From: a virus
Length of the DNA stretch: 64,000 nucleotides
Virus record (IMG/VR): IMGVR_UViG_3300002307_000034
Location: 40,951-104,950 of that record
Direction: 5' to 3' (one strand)
Below the pieces are notes generated by a model. The model did not search any database and was not told where the DNA came from. It saw nothing but the letters and a program-made list of their open reading frames with translations. A program made the position numbers and the translations under genes. Shown here one piece after another: positions 40,933 to 50,959 of this stretch; the stretch's first letter is position 1, and each line of letters begins with the position of its first letter.

Positions 40933-42864
40933 TTAAGCGTTTATATCTACAATTTCACATTCTCCAGAAACACATGCTAAAGCTTGAGTTCCAGTTGTAG
41001 TGTCTTCCAGCTCATATAGAGATAAAGCTTGCCAATTAATTGACTTTGGCATCTTTGATAAAAGCTCTAAGTAAGCTGATTCATCAATTTCTTGATAAGG
41101 GGCTTGCACATATGTATGATCAGAGTATGGTAAGAATGAAATTCCAGAGCACTCATCAAAATGCTTATAAACCCATGCTCCAACTTCCATCCACTCTTCT
41201 TCTTTAACAGAAATAGTTACAGAAGGTTTATGCTCACACCAATGACGTTGATATGTTAACCAAATTTCAAGCTGCTGAATTGCATTTAACTTATCACGAG
41301 TAATTGCATTCTTTGGTGCTTTTACTGGAAATGAAAATACGTAAGTATCATTTGGTTTCATTACATCATCTTCTGCAGGAATGCCTGAATCTTTTAGGAA
41401 CTGAGTAATTGGATCTTTCTTATCCCCACGAACTGTGCGAATATAATAATCTGAATGCCATGCATGCATTCCTGAACTCACCCCGACCAATTGAGATACT
41501 GTACCCGATGGCTTTACGCAAGTCACCGCAGCGGATGCGGGAATCCCAATTTTCCCTGCTTCTTCAATATTAATTTCTACAGCATACTCACGAAGTTTAT
41601 CTAGAGTATCTGCAAGCTTATCCATTCCATCTTGTCCAGAAAAGAATTTATTTCCAAATTGACCAGTTAAAGAAACTCCAAGTAATCTTTCTTCTTCTGT
41701 ATTGTCTTTCCAAATTTTACGAATATATTTAAAATCTGTAAGTGTTGATTGCCATGTTCCAAGTATAGAAGCAAGTCTTACCTTTTTAGCAACTGATTCT
41801 GGAGTATCATCTTCACGAAGAACAACTTCTGAAAGATTACAAAATTGATATGGGCGGAGAATAATTTCAGAACATGGATTTGTTCCATAATGAATGTCTG
41901 GGCTTCTTCTACCATATTTTGCTGCTTGTGCTTGTGCTGCTGCAACATTGTAAATACCACGTTCTCCTGATTTGGAATCATAAAGAGATTTCCATTCAGC
42001 AATAAACTGTTGCATTTCTGGTTTACGAGAATATGCCACTGAATTATTTGACAATGCACGTTGAGAATTTTTTTCCCACCAATTACCGGATTTAGCTTGC
42101 GCCATTTCAATATCATTTATGTTTGAAAGCGAAATCATTGCAGAACGACGAACACCACCGACTACAACTACCTCACCAATCTTACACATTATGTCATGAC
42201 ATTCAATTGGTTTTAATTGACGACCAAGTGCACCTTTAAAAATTTGAATTGTAAAATCAAAAAGATTTACTAACGGCTGAGGACCTGATGAACGCCCACC
42301 CATTGTCTTAAGTCTTGCACCTGATGGTCTTACCTTACTAATGTCAATCTGTGGAATCTGTCCTGCCCATAATAATCCAAGAAGTTCACGATAAGCCTTT
42401 GCCCAACCTTCTTTTGAATCTCCAACAATAACTGTTGTAGAAGATTTCTCTAAAGTTTCAGGAAGGGATGGGAGTTTATTAATATACTTATATTCAACAG
42501 AGAATCCAACGCCTGTTCCACACATAAGAATATACATAGCTTCATCAAATGATCTAGCATTATCTACTGGAAGAAATGCACAGTTGTATCCAGAAACATT
42601 TTCTCTTTCTAATGCAGGTCCTGCAGTCATAACAGAACGCATTGATGGCATAACGTTACGATTAAATACTGCATCACGCAAATCTTCTAAATCTTTATCA
42701 TTTGGTACATATCCGTGTTTTTCACGAAGTTGTATTGACATAAAGTTAAAGTAACGGTCTACAGTTTCCTTCCAAGTTTCTCTTCTGTTTTCAGATTCAA
42801 TCCATCTTGCATATCTACTGAGAGCAATAAAGTTCTCGTAGGGATTTTCAATAGTCCCGTTCAT
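40933..42864 (-). CDS. nrdJ: Ribonucleotide reductase, probably class II monomeric RTPR-like
   Basis: PSMR, NCAF, GTNPCSEI, TCVKPSGTVS and C-terminal CVSGEC; no small subunit adjacent. Confidence 0.85.
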   Translation of the reverse strand: MNGTIENPYENFIALSRYARWIESENRRETWKETVDRYFNFMSIQLREKHGYVPNDKDLEDLRDAVFNRNVMPSMRSVMTAGPALERENVSGYNCAFLPVDNARSFDEAMYILMCGTGVGFSVEYKYINKLPSLPETLEKSSTTVIVGDSKEGWAKAYRELLGLLWAGQIPQIDISKVRPSGARLKTMGGRSSGPQPLVNLFDFTIQIFKGALGRQLKPIECHDIMCKIGEVVVVGGVRRSAMISLSNINDIEMAQAKSGNWWEKNSQRALSNNSVAYSRKPEMQQFIAEWKSLYDSKSGERGIYNVAAAQAQAAKYGRRSPDIHYGTNPCSEIILRPYQFCNLSEVVLREDDTPESVAKKVRLASILGTWQSTLTDFKYIRKIWKDNTEEERLLGVSLTGQFGNKFFSGQDGMDKLADTLDKLREYAVEINIEEAGKIGIPASAAVTCVKPSGTVSQLVGVSSGMHAWHSDYYIRTVRGDKKDPITQFLKDSGIPAEDDVMKPNDTYVFSFPVKAPKNAITRDKLNAIQQLEIWLTYQRHWCEHKPSVTISVKEEEWMEVGAWVYKHFDECSGISFLPYSDHTYVQAPYQEIDESAYLELLSKMPKSINWQALSLYELEDTTTGTQALACVSGECEIVDINA

Positions 42865-42916
42865 TTTAACCTCTTTCAAAAATTATTTAGAGTTACAGTT
42901 TACCACATCTAAATTC

Positions 42917-43918
42917 TTAAACTAAAGAGTTGTAAATTTTTTGTAATCTTGCTACTGCAGGTTTTGTAACTGTTAACCAATCATATTCATTATGTAAATC
43001 AAAAGCTTTTTTAAATGTATCTTTTAATATATTATCATAAGTTTCTACTGCATTTAACATTTGTTTCTTTAAACTTTTTTTATCTGGCTTCATCATCATG
43101 CCTGGATGTGTTTGCTGCCATGGACTGAATTGATAAACACTATCTACTGGAAAATTAATATATTCTGCATAATCAGCCCATCCTGCTGTTGAAATTGTTG
43201 GCATTCCAGTTGCTGCAGCTTGCATTGGTTGTAATCCCCAACCTTCACCCCAACTTGGATAAATAAAAACATCACATAATTCATAAAGGCCAACCATCTG
43301 CTCTTCACTTAATAAAGCATCAATAGAAATTATATTGTCATATGAAGCTGCGGGAGATGTTAAATATCCATATTGAGGATCTGGAACTTTAACAGTATTC
43401 ATGCCATTAGATTTTAATACAAGTCTATATTTTGGATCATTTCCAAATAATTCTATAAAACAATCAGTTGTAAGTTGTCCTTCTTTTCTTGAAAAAGGTT
43501 CACCCATATGTAAAAATGTAAATTGATCATGTGCAGTTTTTCTTAACTTAGGTTTCCAAATTTTATTAATTCCATGTTTATAAGTAAATATTGGTTTACC
43601 TGGAAATATTTTTCTATAAACTTCTTCCACCCAAGGAGAAGTTGCCCAAAGTTCATCTGCAACAGAAATTTTCTTTTTCATTTCAGGAAGCATGTCAGTT
43701 GATTCCCAAGCTATATAAGCAATTTTATAAGCATTTTTATTTGTGAATTGGATGTTTCTAGGATCTGCAAAACATATTTCAATATCAGAATCTAATGCGT
43801 CTATTTCAACATCTATACCTAATTCTTCAAATGATTTATATATATTATAAGATGCTTGCCCATATCCCACAGATAAGTCCATATGACGCATAGCTAAGCC
43901 TGAAAATCCTATTTTCAC
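42917..43918 (-). CDS. GT-B (GT4-like) glycosyltransferase
   Basis: DVFIYPSWGEGWGLQPMQAAATGMPTI. Confidence 0.85.
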   Translation of the reverse strand: MKIGFSGLAMRHMDLSVGYGQASYNIYKSFEELGIDVEIDALDSDIEICFADPRNIQFTNKNAYKIAYIAWESTDMLPEMKKKISVADELWATSPWVEEVYRKIFPGKPIFTYKHGINKIWKPKLRKTAHDQFTFLHMGEPFSRKEGQLTTDCFIELFGNDPKYRLVLKSNGMNTVKVPDPQYGYLTSPAASYDNIISIDALLSEEQMVGLYELCDVFIYPSWGEGWGLQPMQAAATGMPTISTAGWADYAEYINFPVDSVYQFSPWQQTHPGMMMKPDKKSLKKQMLNAVETYDNILKDTFKKAFDLHNEYDWLTVTKPAVARLQKIYNSLV

Positions 43919-43994
43919 TTTTGCTCCTGTTGTTTTTCTTATTATAGCATGCTAGAATTATACATACCTGTCAGTAAAACGAGGAGGTAAGGGA

Positions 43995-44639
43995 ATGAAT
44001 CTAAAAAATAAATTCCATCTAACACTGGTTGTATTGATAACACTGGTTAATTCTATTATAGGAATTAGCCCAGCAGATACAGCAGAGGCACTTGACATTA
44101 AAAAACTTAGTGCCTATAATCTAACTAGTGCTGCGGGGGGTAATATACTTAATATAAATAATATATATATTAAATATATAAGTATTAAGCTCTACTCAGT
44201 AAATGTTTACAACAGTACACATTCTAGAAAGATTAACGTCAAATCTATTTTAAGTTTTAAGGACAAAGTAGAGATTTTAATGTATTCTATTAAACAGGTA
44301 GAATCACATGGCAGGTACAAAGCTAAATCTCATTGGTCCGACGCATGTGGTGCATACCAATACATGCCATTAACTTGGGATAACTATGACGGTTTCAAAA
44401 CTGCTTGCCTTGCACCTGAATGGGTACAAGACAGGAGAATGAGACATGAAATAATCGTTCGTTGGAATAAGTATCATGATTGGCAAAAAGTAATTGCAAG
44501 TCATTTTCTTCCAGCGTATTCGGGAAATAAAGCTCTTTGGAATAAACATTATTACTCTGGGCAACCTACGATTAGACAGTACGTTCAAAATGTTGAAAGT
44601 ACTATGAATTCAGTAGTAGCAGGGCTAGCAACTAGCTGA
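43995..44639 (+). CDS. Secreted lysozyme-fold lytic transglycosylase
   Basis: N-terminal signal peptide; ESHG...ACGAYQYMPLTW...AP..QD. Confidence 0.75.
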   Translation: MNLKNKFHLTLVVLITLVNSIIGISPADTAEALDIKKLSAYNLTSAAGGNILNINNIYIKYISIKLYSVNVYNSTHSRKINVKSILSFKDKVEILMYSIKQVESHGRYKAKSHWSDACGAYQYMPLTWDNYDGFKTACLAPEWVQDRRMRHEIIVRWNKYHDWQKVIASHFLPAYSGNKALWNKHYYSGQPTIRQYVQNVESTMNSVVAGLATS

Positions 44640-44693
44640 TAATTGTTGGGGTGGGATGTAAAAGTCCCACCCCTTCTTAAAAGAAAGTATAAA

Positions 44694-44897
44694 ATGAGAT
44701 TATCAATATTTACAGAATACCAAAATACATCAGACAAACCTTTCATGTGCATAAATGCAGAACATGATATGACTCTTGTTCCTTTTATGACTGATGATTT
44801 AATTATAGAATTAAAATGTTTTTTCCCAGACTGTGATTATAAAATGATTCCTGGCCTAATTACATATAAGGAAATTATAGATGCAAAAATCAAATAG
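44694..44897 (+). CDS. Small Cys/His protein
   Basis: C...H and CFFPDC; start re-placed at MRLSIF. Confidence 0.5.
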   Translation: MRLSIFTEYQNTSDKPFMCINAEHDMTLVPFMTDDLIIELKCFFPDCDYKMIPGLITYKEIIDAKIK

Positions 44898-45384
44898 AAC
44901 TTGTGGTGAATGCACAAAATGTTGTGAAGGATATTTACATAGTGAATCAGATCTTACTATGCTGGATGGAAAGACATTTAAACTTGGAGGTGCTCCCTGC
45001 CCAATTCTTCAAATAGGCAAAGGTTGTGGTGAATATGAGAATCGCCCACAGAATCCTTGTAGAGGCTTTCAATGTGAGTGGTTGAGACAACCTGACGTAT
45101 ACCCCGAAGAAATGCGTCCAGATAAAATCCTCACGATTTTTTCACTGCAGGAAGTAGAGGGCGTACAGTACCTTAGATTGACAGAAGCGGGTGGGACGCT
45201 TGATGCAGAAACATTATCGTTTGCAGTTAAATTAACTTTGCTCAACAGATATAATATTTATTGGGAAGTAAACGGTAAAATACACTGGTTTGGTAATAAA
45301 GATTTTGTTACAATTATGAATAAACACAAACAAGAGAATTTATTGAGTGAGCCCGAAAAAGTGAAAGGTCAAATAAATGAATGA
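44881..45384 (+). CDS. YkgJ-like CxxCxxCC cysteine-cluster protein
   Basis: CGECTKCC...CP.L...C..YENRP..CRGFQC. Confidence 0.75.
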   Translation: MQKSNRTCGECTKCCEGYLHSESDLTMLDGKTFKLGGAPCPILQIGKGCGEYENRPQNPCRGFQCEWLRQPDVYPEEMRPDKILTIFSLQEVEGVQYLRLTEAGGTLDAETLSFAVKLTLLNRYNIYWEVNGKIHWFGNKDFVTIMNKHKQENLLSEPEKVKGQINE

Positions 45385-45565
45385 TGAACAATTACAAGCA
45401 TTTCAAGAATTGCTTGCTGGAATATATATTCAACAATTAAGAATATATGATTTATTGGCCGTGCAAATTAGTGAGCGGAATCCTGATAAGATAGCTGAAC
45501 TTGAGGCATTACATGCCTCTGGAAAAGTTTTATGTCCTGATCCTGCATTAAAACTTGAAGATTGA
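45377..45565 (+). CDS. Hypothetical protein
   Basis: SD GAAAGG; overlaps upstream stop. Confidence 0.55.
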   Translation: MNDEQLQAFQELLAGIYIQQLRIYDLLAVQISERNPDKIAELEALHASGKVLCPDPALKLED

Positions 45566-45593
45566 TATAATAGCGTTATATGGAATACTTCCT

Positions 45594-45881
45594 ATGACGC
45601 CTCAAGAAATACGTAACCGTATTAATAAGATTAAATTAACCGCTGGATGCGAGATATGCGGATATAATAAACATCCTGCTGCACTTTCATTTGACCACTT
45701 TAATCCCGAAAATAAGTATAAGACCAAATCTGGTAAGAAGGTTCATGTTGCTGATATGGTCAAGGGCGGGAGATATGCGTGGAAAACAATAGCGGAGGAA
45801 ATACAGAAGTGTCGTGTATTATGTATGAATTGTCATATGGAAGTAACACATACGAAAGTAGTCAAAAATGAAGATATTTAG
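45594..45881 (+). CDS. HNH endonuclease
   Basis: CEICG...LSFDH...KCRVLCMNCH. Confidence 0.85.
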   Translation: MTPQEIRNRINKIKLTAGCEICGYNKHPAALSFDHFNPENKYKTKSGKKVHVADMVKGGRYAWKTIAEEIQKCRVLCMNCHMEVTHTKVVKNEDI

Positions 45882-46064
45882 TTATTTGTCCTGGATATGG
45901 TTCTTATTTACTGTATATGCTGTTATATCGGAGAAACTCACTAAGAAGAAAAATAGTAGAGCATTTTTTTCTAATCAGCCATATATAAGCTCAAATGATC
46001 CAAAAAGTCAATACCGACCATGGTTTACTAGGAATGATATTCTATGGAGATCTAAGAGTAAGCT

Positions 46065-46217
46065 TTAATTGGCTGAAGAGCTTTCAGCTCTTACTCCCGC
46101 TTTTTCTAAAGTTAATCCACATCTTGTACATGCTTCATATGATTTACCTGTAAAAGGACATCCACCTATATCTACTAGTGTATGTTTTTTAAATAAACAA
46201 ATTAAAAATCTAAACAT
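46065..46217 (-). CDS. Small Zn-ribbon (DUF1660-like) protein
   Basis: Hand-translated MFRFLICLFKKH...CTRC; AAGGA SD. Confidence 0.55.
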   Translation of the reverse strand: MFRFLICLFKKHTLVDIGGCPFTGKSYEACTRCGLTLEKAGVRAESSSAN

Positions 46218-46695
46218 TTTCTTCCTTTACTAAACTAATTGTAAAAAAGTATCTTGTACCTTTTATAACTTTATTTACTCCATGTGGATGATATGACATA
46301 AAATATACTAGATCACCTTTTTTAGGTTTATGAGTAAAATATTCTTCATGGATATCAGCAAATATCTCCCCACCTTCATAATTATCATTTAAATATAATA
46401 AAGCTCCATATTCATTTTGAGGATCTACATGTTTATACATACCAATTCCTTTGTCATATATAGTAGCTATATATCCAGATAATTTTGAATATCCGTTATC
46501 AAAGTAATTTGCAACTTTATACCTATACTTTTCTACGATTTCTAGCATTTCTGGATCTTTACTATTTATAAGACCAATTCTTCCATCATCTCTTTTTATT
46601 AAAGATCCTTCTTCTCTCATTGTATTTAATTTTACAATGATTTTATTGCAATCTTCTTCTGATATAAAATTCTCTACAATTGTTACTTTATCCAT
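46210..46695 (-). CDS. 2OG-Fe(II) oxygenase (prolyl-4-hydroxylase-like)
   Basis: HVD, LYLNDNYEGGE, HGV...GTRY. Confidence 0.9.
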   Translation of the reverse strand: MDKVTIVENFISEEDCNKIIVKLNTMREEGSLIKRDDGRIGLINSKDPEMLEIVEKYRYKVANYFDNGYSKLSGYIATIYDKGIGMYKHVDPQNEYGALLYLNDNYEGGEIFADIHEEYFTHKPKKGDLVYFMSYHPHGVNKVIKGTRYFFTISLVKEENV

Positions 46696-46697
46696 AA

Positions 46698-47306
46698 TTA
46701 CCTTTTTACATAAATGATATTTACTTGATGTCCATATATATCTACATTAGATCTAGCAAATTCTTTAAATCCATATCCCGCCAAATAATTTTCTACATCA
46801 GTTGCTAACCATTGATTCTTCCAAAATTCTTTTGTTTCAACTTCAATATGTATACTAGACACCTCGTCTAATAATTTACTAGCACCTTGTAGAACTTCTC
46901 TATTTGCTCCTTCACAATCAATCCATAAAGCAATATTTGAGTTCATCCCTGCAAAATCATCTAACGCTACAGCTTCTACTTTTACATATTTGTAATCAAT
47001 ATCTTCTGCACGTTTCATAATTGTATTATGCCCAGTGTTTTCTGGATCAAATCTTGTATCTATTTGAAACATAACTATATCATCTTGATAAGATACAGCT
47101 TTGTTTATATATTTTACTCCAGGATGCATGCTATCTTTAAACTTCTCATATACATATGGACTTGCTTCAAAAGCATATGCTCTAATTCCCGCCATTGCCA
47201 TTGTATTAGAAAATTCTCCTGCATGTGCTCCAACTTCAATAGAAACATTTGGAACAAGATCTTTTTGCATACGGATAAAAGTTGATGCTAATTCTTCTTG
47301 AGTCAT
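46698..47306 (-). CDS. FkbM-family methyltransferase
   Basis: IEVGAHAG, YAFEA, WIDCEGA..EVLQG. Confidence 0.9.
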   Translation of the reverse strand: MTQEELASTFIRMQKDLVPNVSIEVGAHAGEFSNTMAMAGIRAYAFEASPYVYEKFKDSMHPGVKYINKAVSYQDDIVMFQIDTRFDPENTGHNTIMKRAEDIDYKYVKVEAVALDDFAGMNSNIALWIDCEGANREVLQGASKLLDEVSSIHIEVETKEFWKNQWLATDVENYLAGYGFKEFARSNVDIYGHQVNIIYVKR

Positions 47307-47458
47307 ATAACAATTATACTACATCGTTTTTAATGTCACCTATACGTCGGATTTCAATTTGACAAAATGTTAATATTTTTTTTATTTGTATGATCCGCTT
47401 TTTCGAGTAACTTAAAATTAGACATAGTGTGCCCATTTGTCTAAATATTCAGCCATTT

Positions 47459-47543
47459 TGTGACCCAAATCACAAAGATTTTTTGCAAATTGTCTCAAAT
47501 GTCCGTTTTGCGACTTGATTTTGTCAGTGTACTAGTGTAGTAT
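47459..47543 (+). promoter_or_regulatory. Composite promoter cassette 1 (CRP-type site, -35, PafBC-type -26/-10)
   Basis: TGTGACCCAAATCACA 47459; TTGATT 47515; TGTCAG-N10-TAGTAT 47522..47543. Confidence 0.75.
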
Positions 47544-47599
47544 TTATACTATAAGAGTTAATAAAGGTTATTAGCACTTCTTAAAGAAAGGTTATCCAA

Positions 47600-47743
47600 A
47601 TGATAACACTAAACTATACTTCTCTAGATTCTGACAATTCCGCCCGTTCTTTTGTGGGGTACTTCCATACAGAGAAAGCGGTCAATGACTACCTTGACCT
47701 AGTCTCAATAGATGAGACAATCCTCACAGTCAGCGTGATATAA
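47600..47743 (+). CDS. 47-aa hypothetical early protein
   Basis: GAAAGG SD; hand-translated MITLNYTSLDSD... Confidence 0.6.
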   Translation: MITLNYTSLDSDNSARSFVGYFHTEKAVNDYLDLVSIDETILTVSVI

Positions 47744-47809
47744 ATCACAAAACCTGACTGGTCAGATACGGCGTGTCGCATTGACTTTCGCCAAATAGTG
47801 TGATAGTAT
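47702..47809 (+). promoter_or_regulatory. Composite promoter cassette 2
   Basis: GTCTCA-N5-TGAGAC 47702; CGTGA-N6-TCACA 47734; GGCGTGTCG 47770; TTGACT-17-TAGTAT. Confidence 0.75.
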
Positions 47810-47865
47810 TCCACTATAAAATTAAATAAGAATAAATAAGAAAGAGTCTAGAAAGGACTACTATA

Positions 47866-48084
47866 ATGAATAACTACTATAATGAAATCCGCAAGGACAT
47901 CGCTAAAGACTTTGGTCTAGAGGCTGGTGGCTATGCTCCACTTCCTGCCCCTGCCTTGTCTATCGTTCAGGCTATGCGCCTTAATGCTAAGTACCCTAGC
48001 GAGGCGTTATCTACACGCCCTAGCGATAAGGCTATACTAATCGCTAAGCGATACGCTAGCCTAAAGAAAGTCTGGTCTAACTAA
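47866..48084 (+). CDS. Hypothetical early protein
   Basis: GAAAGGA SD downstream of promoter. Confidence 0.65.
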   Translation: MNNYYNEIRKDIAKDFGLEAGGYAPLPAPALSIVQAMRLNAKYPSEALSTRPSDKAILIAKRYASLKKVWSN

Positions 48085-48169
48085 TGACTATAAATAGCCT
48101 AACACTAATACAACTAGGTCTAATGTCGTACCTAGTTGCTAAACTAATAACAACTAAGAAAGAGGACTA

Positions 48170-48370
48170 ATGAAAACTAAGGTTATCACTACCGCCCTAC
48201 TAATAACGCTAGTACCTGCCACCGCACAGGCTAGCACTCACCACCACCGCACACCTAGAACTTATTCGGTGTATAATACAAATGTGTATAGAGGACAGAT
48301 GACTAAGATGAAATCTGCTCTCGGTATCCACTACCATACATACACACCTAAGCACCACAAGAAATACTAA
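48170..48370 (+). CDS. Small secreted basic His-rich protein
   Basis: Signal peptide ending AQA; GAGGA SD. Confidence 0.55.
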   Translation: MKTKVITTALLITLVPATAQASTHHHRTPRTYSVYNTNVYRGQMTKMKSALGIHYHTYTPKHHKKY

Positions 48371-48383
48371 GAAAGGAAAACTG

Positions 48384-48560
48384 ATGACTATGACTTATGT
48401 ACCTACTTGGGAGCGTGTCTATAATCCTTGGGACACAGAACCCGATTTCTATGATTTATCACAAATTGAAGAAGAAGAAAACGAAAAACAAAAAGATGAA
48501 ATGTCTATCGAAGAAATTGCCGAAGAAGAACTAGAATTAGAAGAGGATTTTGACCTATGA
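48384..48560 (+). CDS. 58-aa highly acidic protein
   Basis: Hand-translated; GAAAGGA SD; ends IEEIAEEELELEEDFDL. Confidence 0.6.
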   Translation: MTMTYVPTWERVYNPWDTEPDFYDLSQIEEEENEKQKDEMSIEEIAEEELELEEDFDL

Positions 48561-48724
48561 TGAGCCGTAAAGACTATGTAGAAACTGCACGAATTCTAAA
48601 TAAATATAAATCAGTAATAGATGAAAAAGATTTTTTAGATTTAGCAGATGATTTTTCTTTTATGTTTGAAAAAGACAATCCTAATTTTATTGCAGATAAA
48701 TTTTTAGAGGCTTGCAATAAATAA
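48557..48724 (+). CDS. 55-aa protein, RKDY...DNPNF family paralog 1
   Basis: Aligns with 49377..49571. Confidence 0.75.
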   Translation: MMSRKDYVETARILNKYKSVIDEKDFLDLADDFSFMFEKDNPNFIADKFLEACNK

Positions 48725-48738
48725 AAAAATCGAAGATC

Positions 48739-48992
48739 GTTGAAGCTTTGACTATAATGGTTGAAGCTTCAACTATTTTTTTGGGCGGGGTTTCAATCCC
48801 CGCCCGCACTCGGGCGTGTCGCATGTGGTATAAGTCACAAAGTACACGCTCCATATATTGAGACTACTTGCAAGTATACTAGACAGTAGCGATTTTATGT
48901 GTTATACTTCCAGTATTGAAAAATTAAATAAGAAAAAAGTTAGTTAATCAACGGCGTGTCGCCTTGATTTTCCGCAGAAAGTCTGCTAAACT
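48739..48992 (+). promoter_or_regulatory. Composite promoter cassette 3
   Basis: GTTGA-N4-TCAAC boxes, 24-bp GC repeat, CRP-type site 48824, GTCTCA box, TACTTGCAAGTA, two -35/-10 pairs, GGCGTGTCG 48953. Confidence 0.75.
48798..48821 (+). repeat. CCCCGCCCGCACTCGGGCGTGTCG repeat, copy 1
   Basis: Identical at 49715; one-base insertion at 51814. Confidence 0.95.
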
Positions 48993-49025
48993 AACGATAG
49001 TTAAAAATAAAGAAAGGTGGTCAAA

Positions 49026-49220
49026 ATGACTACACTAACAATAAACGAAGTATGCGTTAAGCATACACCTCATAAAGAATCTATTTCCGTGATTGCTCAC
49101 GATTTCGATTCTGCCGATTATTTCACTTTTTGTGAAAATTGTGAACAAAACATAGAAAGTTTTTCTTTCTATGATGATGACAGAGGTACTGTCTATACTA
49201 AGTGGACACTTAGTAAGTAA
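49026..49220 (+). CDS. Small Zn-ribbon protein
   Basis: C..H and CENC; GAAAGGTGG SD. Confidence 0.6.
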   Translation: MTTLTINEVCVKHTPHKESISVIAHDFDSADYFTFCENCEQNIESFSFYDDDRGTVYTKWTLSK

Positions 49221-49376
49221 AGAAAGGATAAACTTAAATGATAGCAATTAAATGTGATGAATGCGGTGGTGCAGGATTTATTTTTTTTGGTAATGAAAAT
49301 GATTTTGATGTAATGAAATGCGATTGCATTTCTGATGATGTTGATTTTACTGATGGAATTATGGGGGCTTAAATAA

Positions 49377-49571
49377 ATGATGACTAGAAAAGACTATGTG
49401 AGTGTAGCCAATATTCTAAATGATATTGCTAAGCCTAATATGGATATGGTTCCTTTTGAGGATTTAGTAGCAGAGTTTGCAGATATGTTTTTTGCAGATA
49501 ATCCTAATTTCTCTCCCACCCGTTTTGAAATGGCTTGCTATGGAAATGATGAGGGTGGTGATGTTAAATGA
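49377..49571 (+). CDS. RKDY...DNPNF family paralog 2
   Basis: Aligns with 48557..48724. Confidence 0.75.
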   Translation: MMTRKDYVSVANILNDIAKPNMDMVPFEDLVAEFADMFFADNPNFSPTRFEMACYGNDEGGDVK

Positions 49572-49678
49572 AAAACGAAGATCCATTTGGATTTGCAAAT
49601 GCAATTCAGCTTGATCATCTTAATTTTGAACAATTAAAAGAATTAGAAAAGATTTTAGATAAAATTAAATAGCTGATA

Positions 49679-49833
49679 AGTATAATTATGCAAATCACTG
49701 CATAATTATGCAAGCCCCGCCCGCACTCGGGCGTGTCGCATTACGGTGTGAGATTTGTCACACAGGTTGAGCGTCTCAAAATGTGGAATTACTTACGAGT
49801 AGGTAGAATAATGTCAGTGGTATCGTGTATAAT
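49679..49833 (+). promoter_or_regulatory. Composite promoter cassette 4
   Basis: Tandem ARG-type boxes, 24-bp repeat, CRP-type site 49747, GTCTCA box, TACTTACGAGTA, TGTCAG-N10-TATAAT. Confidence 0.8.
49715..49738 (+). repeat. 24-bp GC repeat, copy 2
   Basis: Exact match to 48798..48821. Confidence 0.95.
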
Positions 49834-49869
49834 TCCTACTATTAACAAGAAAGAAAGAAGGTAGCAAAT

Positions 49870-50091
49870 ATGCTAATCTCAACAGCCCTAGAAGGCAAAT
49901 ATGTAAAGTCCTCAAAAGGACAAGGAATAATCCAGTACGCAGATTTCCGCAAGGATATGCGACACTCTACGCCCGAAGGCTATCTTGCTTATGCTTGCAA
50001 AGTACGCCCACACTGGAACGGCGAAGGATTTCCTAAGCCTGATTTCTGGACAACAATTTATGTCGGACTTGATTCAGAATTGGTGGACTAA
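49870..50091 (+). CDS. Hypothetical early protein
   Basis: GAAGGT SD downstream of cassette 4. Confidence 0.65.
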   Translation: MLISTALEGKYVKSSKGQGIIQYADFRKDMRHSTPEGYLAYACKVRPHWNGEGFPKPDFWTTIYVGLDSELVD

Positions 50092-50195
50092 ATGGGTAAT
50101 ATCGCAGATGAATTATGGAATAATTATAAAGAGGCTACTTGGAACACAATGTCAGTGCCACCTGCTACAATATGGGAAACAAAGGAGAACGACTA

Positions 50196-50405
50196 ATGGA
50201 ATATAGTTATGTAATTACTACACACTATGACGGCGATTATTTTTCGTCGCATAGATTTTCAGATGCACTAACTGCTGTAAATGCGTTTAATAAATGCGTA
50301 GATGTAGGAGATGCAAAAGAATATGCAACTTATAATCTATTAGAGCCAAATGGCAAAATGCATACACTTAATTTTTATAGAAATGGGGCAGTAAATGGGA
50401 AGTAA
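50196..50405 (+). CDS. Hypothetical early protein
   Basis: AAGGAG SD before MEYSYV. Confidence 0.65.
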   Translation: MEYSYVITTHYDGDYFSSHRFSDALTAVNAFNKCVDVGDAKEYATYNLLEPNGKMHTLNFYRNGAVNGK

Positions 50406-50694
50406 TCTAGCAACAGAATTAGCTGGAAGTGAATTAGGTTTATCTATGGAAGATAGTATTGGTATGCACTTGCGTGTTAATCACTACCCTCCCGTCCCAA
50501 TTTCTATGGTACAGCCTTGCATAGATGCTATTGACGCATATTGGGAAGAAGACTTAAATCGTGAGATCGAATTACCTGAAGGCGTATCTTGGCGTGGCAA
50601 TACCTATGCACCCGCATATGCTATTATTGAGAATCATCACTTGGAAGCCTGGTGCCAGGAAGATGAATACTTAGATGAAGAAGAATTGGTGTGA
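50395..50694 (+). CDS. Hypothetical acidic protein
   Basis: HLRVNHYPPVP...HHLEAW; coupled to upstream gene. Confidence 0.7.
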   Translation: MGSNLATELAGSELGLSMEDSIGMHLRVNHYPPVPISMVQPCIDAIDAYWEEDLNREIELPEGVSWRGNTYAPAYAIIENHHLEAWCQEDEYLDEEELV

Positions 50695-50794
50695 TGTAAC
50701 TCACACCAGACACGCCCATAGTGGATTGGACAAAGGTTGTTCCGCTATGGTAAAATACCACCTATAAACAACAACAAAAGAAAAGAGAAATAAA

Positions 50795-50959
50795 ATGACA
50801 GTATCAAACAAGACATACGCAGTAGGCGACCTATTCACCACACAGAAGTCAAAGGTGACAGGCACTATCAAGGAAATCAACCCTATCAACGCAAGCACGA
50901 CCCGTGTGCTGCTTGATGTCGAAGGCAAAGACCGCTGGACAACAGTATCGTTTGCGTAA
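50795..50959 (+). CDS. 54-aa SH3-like beta protein, GDLFTT family paralog 1
   Basis: Hand-translated; aligns with 51529..51699; the ORF track shows only the antisense shadow. Confidence 0.75.
   Translation: MTVSNKTYAVGDLFTTQKSKVTGTIKEINPINASTTRVLLDVEGKDRWTTVSFA

Noticed and set aside
45594-45881. HNH as an intron-borne homing endonuclease
   Set aside because: No split gene or intron structure around it; free-standing
50701-50928. Minus-strand ORFs in the early array (also 51045, 52742, 56602, 56957)
   Set aside because: Shadows of plus-strand genes that have promoters, SDs or paralogs
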